The translations under genes were made by a program, and so were the position numbers. A stretch of 60,636 nt of DNA, the filler included, from Sphacelaria rigidula (Eukaryota), in NCBI GenBank assembly GCA_964200075.2. It is 9 parts of 9 records of this genome, joined end to end, with 100 filler letters (N's around TTAATTAATTAA, not from the genome) between each part and the next. Parts side by side here need not be neighbours in the genome. Positions count along the whole stretch, not along the records: positions 47,241 to 53,888 come from CAXNAA020018838.1; positions 53,989 to 60,636 come from CAXNAA020018839.1; 7 more parts are not named here. One strand, 5' to 3'. Numbering within the stretch: the stretch's first letter is position 1; each line of letters begins with the position of its first letter. Shown here one piece after another: positions 53,601 through 60,636 of the stretch. The notes under the pieces are model-generated. The model saw nothing but the letters and a program-made list of their open reading frames with translations. It did not search any database and had not been told where the DNA came from.

Positions 53601-53622
53601 GCTGCATGAAGGATATTAATTG
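50616..53622 (+). CDS. Peptidase M32 (carboxypeptidase Taq-like), two internal exons 50616-50809 and 53485-53622
   Basis: ALLWERMV...FYRVLNRVPPGLIRVDAEEVTYPLQVILR|FEIEQGLMDGTISFSDVPKLWGEKMEEMLGVSLPGDAEGCMKDINW. The phase-2 GT-AG junction falls inside the family's ILRFEIE motif. Confidence 0.88.
51204..51580. repeat. Long inverted repeat (hairpin), arms 51204-51387 and 51397-51580, in the M32 intron
   Basis: For example GTTGTCGTTTGCCCATCTTGA / TCAAGATGGGCAAACGACAAC; 9-nt loop. Confidence 0.9.
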
Positions 53623-56600
53623 GTAGGCTACTCGTTTTTTCTTTGTTGCAGTTGGTCATTAACTAGCGCACTATGAGTCAGGTTGTTTTCCTTCTGCAAG
53701 GGACACTTTCTACGATAGCCCCCCCCCCCCCAAAAGTGCAATGGTCTGATGACTATGGCATGCATGATCATGAGTACACCCCCCCCACCCCAAAAGTGGA
53801 TGGTTTCAGGAGGCAAAATCTTCACGCAAATCGAAATGGGAAAAGCCGAGCACAATGAGAAGCTGGGAATTCCCACGCTTAGGTTTGTNNNNNNNNNNNN
53901 NNNNNNNNNNNNNNNNNNNNNNNNNNNNNNNNTTAATTAATTAANNNNNNNNNNNNNNNNNNNNNNNNNNNNNNNNNNNNNNNNNNNNATCAGGCGCTGT
54001 ATGGCCATTTTTTTCGTGACACTTTTAGCTGGTTTTCGGGGGGGGCTATCGTAGAAAGTGTCCAATACGCACCCAATAGTCGCAAACATGGTAGCATACT
54101 GACCGCAATGAACAGACGAAGAGGGTAACATCGCTGGATTTTTTTTAAAGGCTATAGCGGTGGCGCCATGGACAAAAATGTGTCTCGACCAATCCGCGCC
54201 TTTCAAACTGTTCCGAAATTGAAAACACGTATTCCAAGCCCAATTTTCAGCCAATCTCCACATGTTTCGAATCGTAGTGACCGTCATCACCTCAATAATC
54301 TAACGGAAGAATAGGATTTGAAAAGGCTTCCAACGGGGTCGCATTATACCCGAAACCGTAATGTTTCAGTGATGTGGAGTTTGGCGTCGTCTAATTCCCT
54401 TTCATGATACGCAGGAAGACCCAGGGAGCCTCGTGACGATTTCCCTTATATCTGTTGTAGAAAAGCTCAGATCATCCTCAAACTTGACAGTTCCGTGGGT
54501 ATTGATGCTCCAAATAGAAAAGTTGCGTTCTTGGCAAGGGTTCAAAGTTTCTCCGTTCTCTACCGGCTTCCTGGGGTCCCAGTACAAAGAGCTCCGAAGA
54601 GCGGTACAGAATGACTCAAAAGAAAACATAATAACATGATGCGTCCCAGGATTGTCCAAGGAACACATGTACGAAGTTTGGTGGAGAAACACGAAAATCC
54701 CATACAATTTTCCTTGCCTTGACGTGAAATTCACCCTAAAAGATATTTTCATACTCGAACCAAGTAGTCAGGAGGTTTCACGTTTTAAGCTCACATCCTC
54801 GCACAAACGCGCAAATCTTCACGCATTTATTAGGAGTTAGACCCTGAAGCTTTGCACAAATGTGCTATGAATCATTTACGTAAGTTTCGATCAACGAGGT
54901 TTTTCTACTTTTGATATTTTTATCGTTTTTCGGGGGTCCAACGGGATCCAAGTCGTTGTTTCGAAGTCATCCATTCTGAGACCCCGGAAAACCGGCACTA
55001 CAGTCTTTTTTTTTCAACTTTTTTCGCACACTCTCTGCCGCCGCAAAACCTAAGGAATAACCCCACAAAGTTTCGTGGCCAGACTCGATTAACTGGTGCT
55101 TGAATTTTCATGTTCACGTCGAAAAAGTCCCAAAAACGCCTTTTTTATTCAAAAATCTAGTTGTTTGCCGTTTCACCGTGGGACGGCAAGGTTCATCGCA
55201 CAAACGCGAAAAAATTCACGCCGTTATAAGGACTTCGACCCTGAACCTTTGCACAGGTGTTCTATGGGTCATTACGCAACTGTGTATGGACAAGTTTTTC
55301 TTTTCTTTCTACCGTTTTACGGGGATCCGACTGGATCGAAGTTTTCCCCGAAAAACCTGGGACCCCGAAAAAACGGTGAAACATCAAGAGTAAAAAAAAC
55401 ATCGTCTGTACAAAGTTGTGTAATGACCCATAGAACACCTATGCACAATTTCAGGGTCTAACTCCTTAAAACGGCGTGAAGTTTTGTCGATGAGTGTTCT
55501 TCTTTTTTCCCGTGAACCAGCCTGTATCGCGTCTTAGTTTTTGATAGTTGTGTTATAGAATTTCGTATGGAGAACCGCTAGTGCATAATGAAATTAAAAA
55601 ATATAGCTTTTTCTTCATTTTTTCGTTTGTTTCATTTATTTTTGTTTTTTTAGGGCAGTTTTGAGGAGAAATGAACATTGCACTTGGGCTTTATCCCTAT
55701 TTCATAGCTCCATATTTATAATTATGATTTAAAACTCAGCATGGATAACCACAAAGGTATGGGAAAAAAGTCCGTCGTCACTTTTGTTTTCGAAGAGATT
55801 AGGGCGTTCTCGTAAAAAATGTCCGTTACCATACTGAAGCGCCCTAAAACAATGGAGAAGGTAAACGTGAATAAATAACTGATTCACTGTGACCACGGGT
55901 TCAACATCTTGGGAGAATGTGACGAAGGCGCTGACAGACGTCGTGTAACTGGTAATGGAGAGCGAATCGGAGATATGTTCACCAAACAGTACATTACACT
56001 AGAAGCGGGACTCATCTTGTGAAGTGCATGGGATGGGTCTATAATCCCAAACACCGCCGAGTATGGTGCGAGAGGGCTTCGGGGGGATGTAGGGGGAACA
56101 ATAATGAGCTCGGACGGACTGAACTGCGCGGGGAGCTATAAACAATCAGGAAGACCGACTTGCCTAAAGGGCCGAGCACTGTCAGAGGTGAGGGAGTAAG
56201 CGTGAAGAAGACCTGAATCCTACATCGCACCACTCACCCCGGGTGTGGTGCTAGCCCTCTGTGACAGACATCGGCTCCATGCATGTGTTTCGGGCGCAGG
56301 TTAGTTCCTGATCCTGGATGCCTAACCCTTCCGTTCTTCATGCGTGCTGACTGTTGTAGTTCAAGTTGAAGCAAGCCGCTTCTTACAGACTGGAAAAAAG
56401 TCTCTCTGAGAACCGCCCTTTCGAACCTTCCATCACGGATTATTGGCGGAATACGGGCCTTAGCGGATTGGGCCTTCTCGGAAAGATTTGCTATATTTTT
56501 TTAACGAGGATTCCAGCGCGCTTGTCCGATCTTTTTGCGCCGGATTCTGGATGTTTCAGTCGCCCCAAAAACTTCGAGTTGCCGGGAAAATGGACGTTTT

Positions 56601-57314
56601 TTTCCCGACAACTTGACGATTTTGGGGGTGACTGGAGAAATTCAGAATTCGGACAGAAGTAAAACTGACCGTACGAACAATCGGAGAAGGGCGCTACGAG
56701 CTGGGCCAGCCTAGACACGGATTTAAGCCCTCAAAGCGATATATCGTCGACACGGACGAGTTGAGCCATGATCCGCATATTGTATTAATCATCCAACCAA
56801 GAGGAAGGTGTCCATCTGCTCAAAAGTTGGGGCCCATATTTTCTCGTTGATTAAACCCCATGTCTAGTAATTCGTATACCTAACGGAGATAGCGTCCATA
56901 CTAAAATCTATACGGAGCCCCCGATCGATGTATTCATCGGATGGCAACGAATTTTGGTGTTGACATTCCCTGGAGCACGGGGAGACGATAGGTACCCTCA
57001 CCTTCACCCAGTTCGTTATCTGTCTCGAGATATGGCGCACATAAGTGTTTGTTCTAAAATCAGTATATTACGAGCAGATGCACTAGATTGACTAAACCTG
57101 GATATCGCGTCTCAGTTTTCGAAAGTTATGCTATAAAATTTCGTATGGAGAACCGCTAGTGCATAATAAAGCTTAAGAAGAGAGCTTTTTTCCGGTTTTT
57201 TTTTCGGGTTTTTGGGGGCATTTTTGAGGAGAAATAAACACTGCTTTTGGGCCTTGACTCATTTTTTTAGCTGAAATTTTAGAACCGTGATTTGAAACTC
57301 AGGACAAAGAACCA

Positions 57315-58715
57315 CAGAGGTATGCTGAATTGAAAAAAAATGGGCCCTCCATATTTGTTTTGGAGGGGAAAGGTTTGAGCGTTCTCGTAAGAAAATGGTG
57401 GTTTGGTTTCCATACTAAAACGCCCTAAACCAGTGTGAGGAAACAAAAAAATCAACCGGACCCACGTTGTTTGGTCAACTATGCCCTAGCCACGGCCCAC
57501 ACACAGTTTCAATACACAGACACCAAACGTGGGCCGGTAAGTGGCCTTCAAAATACTGTTCTGAATTTCTTTTGACCCCGTCACTGAACGGCCCATTGTA
57601 CGGCCAATATTTAGAATTGGACCCTGAAATTTGGTGTTAACGATAAATAGGGCATGACAAGAACAAATACCGGTGCACACAGGGTTTTTTTTCAAGAGTT
57701 AAGGGCAACAATCAGTTTTCAGTCTGCAAACTACAAATTGGCTTCTCGGCTGGCCCAGCTCGTAGCATCCTCGTGAACAACATCGCCAATCTTTCCGAGG
57801 AGGCCAAATCCGCCAAGACCCGTGTTCCACCAAAAATCCGTGATGTAAGGTTCAAAAGGGCAGCTCTCATATATTTCTTCAGTCTATGAGAAGCGGCCTA
57901 TGTCTTGGGGTTGGACTCTAAAATTTTGTGTGGACAATCAACAGGATATAATGCCGCCGCGCCCCGGTGGTGTAATGGTCCGACTGTCGCCAATATTAGG
58001 GTGGAGAGAACGAGGGTTTGATTCCCGATGCGTTGGGTTTTTTCTTCGTGAGGCATTATTTCCACCGTGGAAAGCGTGAGAACGTGAGTAAACAAAGTAG
58101 TCGACTGGGTTTGTGTGACGCGAGTTGACGCGGTGCGGGAGTGCTCACCCAATCCACGTGATCAAACTGAAAGGCGCGTACCAGGGGAGAGAGGGGTTGA
58201 TCCCTTGAGACGACGGACTCATCCCGAGGAAAGGGAGGGGTTCAAAGTGTGAGGGAAAGAAATGAAAACGCATTAGCCATTTTTTATTTCATGACTACAC
58301 GGCATTTTACTGAAACCTGAAAACGGATTATTGCTTTCAACTCATGACAAAAAAAAATGAGTCCACGCATAGCTCATCTATTTTGCCCCCTTGATTGTCC
58401 ACACCAAATTTTAGGGTCCAACTTGAAAGGTATTAAAATGCGAATGGGCCGTTTAAAACCTGGGTCGGCAAAAGTTCGAAACAGTATTTCGCAGGCCACT
58501 TACCCGCGCACGTTTGGTGGTTGTGTATTGAAGTTTCGGCGGGACCTCGCTAGGGCACAATGAATCCGAAAAAGGGGGTCAGTTTTTTTGTATTGTTTTT
58601 TCACTGGTTTAGGGCGTTTCAGTTGACGTCCATTTTCATACGAGGTTGCCCTAACCTTTCCCCCCACAAAAAAACAAAAATAAGGCCCCTATGTTTTTCT
58701 ATTCAGCATACCATA
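57315..58715. mobile_element. Layered inverted-repeat element containing a family A SINE
   Basis: Outer inverted repeats at about 57315-57600 and 58440-58715, inner ones at about 57910-57942 and 58390-58422. Confidence 0.65.
57953..58249 (+). mobile_element. tRNA-derived SINE, family A
   Basis: GCCGCCGCGCCCCGGTGGTGTAATGGTCC (A box) ... GGTTTGATTCCC (B box). Confidence 0.8.
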
Positions 58716-59400
58716 TCCCTGCGTGCTGCCAGGCTTGGCTTGTTTGCATCCTCTTCTCACGGAGAGTCTGCTGCTATATATTACAGATGAATAATTTTCG
58801 AATCGCTCACCGCTTTGGATGCGATTTGAATGTCATCTCTGTGAGTTTTAGCTCCTTAATGTGAGGGATCACATTTTCTACGATTTTCAACACTTTTGAC
58901 GGGAAAACAAGCCAAATGACGCAAGGTTTCTCGCCTCCGGCGGCGCTCCCACGGCGCCCCCTCACAAGCCGGGGCAGGGGGCGGTTGCGGCTCGTAGCTT
59001 CGCTGCTCGTCGCCTTTGTTTTTTCGGTTAATCGGCGAAGCTGATTAATTGGAACAACGTCGATATTCCGGCCGCTGGCGCGGCCATTTTAAATTTAACT
59101 GGCCAACGCAGCCAGTTCACAGCCCTACTTTCCACGGCTTGTGCCAGGCTTGTGTACAAGTTGTGTATGCTATGGTCGCACGGCAGGTGGTGGAAGAATG
59201 AGGCAGATGGGCTGTACTCATCTCTGTAAAGTTCGTGAGTTATTTTGTTTCGTTTTCCCGTCGCTGCTACACTGCATCTCTGCATACTGATGAAAATAAC
59301 ATCGTGACAAAAGTTCGCCTCGTATGGCCGTTTTCGACGGTTCGACTGTTTTTGGGCTCGTGTATTCCACCTCTGACATATTTACACGGTTTTTGCCCGC

Positions 59401-59769
59401 AAAACAGAGACCATCGCCATCACATGTCTTGGACGTTTTTCATCGCCCCACCGAGAGGAACCTATCCCATTTTTCCGATTCGCACGGCTCGGAGGTTTCG
59501 AGAACGGCCTCAGGACGAAAATGCGGCTCGAAAAAAAATGCATTGTCTGCGAATATATTTTTGTGAAAATTCCTGCACGCATCGCTCTTTTTTTCAGCCG
59601 TATTTTTGTCCTGAGGCGGTTCTCGAAGACTCCGAGCGTTCTCGTAAAAGTAACTGCAGCCACCGCTTTTTGTTTTTCAGTTGTATTCTTATCCTGAGGC
59701 CGTTTTCGAAACATCCGAGCCGTGCGCATCGAAACGTGTCCCAGACGTGTGATGGCGATAGTCTCTGTT
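59401..59769. mobile_element. Foldback MITE with AACAGAG termini and 4-bp TSD CCGC
   Basis: (AA)AACAGAGACCATCGCCATCACATGTCTTGGAC / GTCCCAGACGTGTGATGGCGATAGTCTCTGTT, with CCGC at 59397-59400 and 59770-59773 and further internal inverted repeats. Confidence 0.8.
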
Positions 59770-60636
59770 CCGCGGTCAACATTGCGTCAAGTGTCCCACA
59801 AATGAAGGATACGAGTCCAAAAAAATACCAACCGCAAGAACCGGCATCACTGCAAACATTGGCCACCGCGTAATGGCTGAACCGAAATGTGCGCCTTGAT
59901 TGCTGCACACCGTGGACAAAATAATGCACTGTCAAAACGTCTACTGTGCGCGGTATCGCCTATTGCGCCTATTGCAGCAGACAACGAATTCCGTACGGTA
60001 CGCAGTACATTTTTTTGCAACATAACCTTTTGTCCAGGGTGTGGATTGCTGGCCCAGGTCATACCCGTTTTCCGAATTGCCCGTCTTGTAGTTGCTGATG
60101 GGGAAAAATCTGCCGTCCCGTGCAGAGGATTTGTTATTTCGTCTTAGCGAAGGCTCTCTCTTGAGTGGCCACTTGTATAGGGTGGGGTAACGGTAGTTCA
60201 GCTGTTTTTAATTTGTCGAGTATTTCGTAGATGATGTACCTGACCTCGAGCAACGTTTTTTCTCCTCGGTCCTTTCCTCCTCTTGCACACATTTCTCCTG
60301 TAACCAGTGGCGCTGAATCCTTTTCGGACGAGGCATACAGAACGGACCGAGCCTGGCGCGTGGTGTTTCTAAACATCCGTTTTGAGATATATTTTCGAAA
60401 TTGATGGTTGTCAAGTAGTGGTTGAGCAGCATACATATGTTATCATGGTGCCCTACCGCGGGTTCGATTCATGCATGCCATCTGCCCGGGATGTTGTGGG
60501 GCAAGGAGGCCGAAAAATGAAACCTTTGGCATTGCACAGATTCTGTCTCAATTTCGTAGCCCTTGGGGGGGGGGGGGGGGGGGGGGGGTGTTGAGGTGAA
60601 AATAGAGAAGGGGGGGGGGGGGGGGGCAGGGGCGGT

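Noticed and set aside
6650..53988. Regularly spaced TTAATTAATTAA motifs and any gene neighbourhood across them
   Set aside because: These are artificial linkers between size-sorted contigs. Adjacency, such as a TFIIIC subunit near tRNA-like elements, carries no biological meaning.
57953..58030. Functional tRNA gene
   Set aside because: No proper cloverleaf, and the head is attached to a repeated SINE body.

Overview
This is eukaryotic draft-assembly DNA, not one locus. Nine unlinked contigs of 6648-6649 bp are joined by artificial 100-bp spacers (N44-TTAATTAATTAA-N44). The contigs are 1-6649, 6750-13398, 13499-20147, 20248-26896, 26997-33644, 33745-40392, 40493-47140, 47241-53888 and 53989-60636. 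Short exons in long repeat-filled spliceosomal introns, plus the gene content, suggest a brown alga or related stramenopile (inference). Five partial intron-containing genes can be spliced by hand: a probably N-myristoylated ankyrin-repeat protein, a prephenate/arogenate dehydratase-dehydrogenase fusion with one GC-AG intron, TFIIIC TPR subunit GTF3C3/Tfc4, the 3' part of SHMT, and an M32 carboxypeptidase with altered signature motifs. The rest is transposon debris: a decayed Copia RT, tRNA-derived SINEs, hAT-, piggyBac- and TA-flanked MITEs, foldback elements and minisatellites. Three observations stand out: a TA-flanked element whose terminal repeats are tRNA-Asp-like 5' halves with convergent Pol III boxes inside; two otherwise unrelated foldback elements sharing AACAGAG termini and 4-bp target duplications; and a roughly 185-bp-arm hairpin inside an intron. 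No CRISPR, rRNA or intact tRNA gene is supported.
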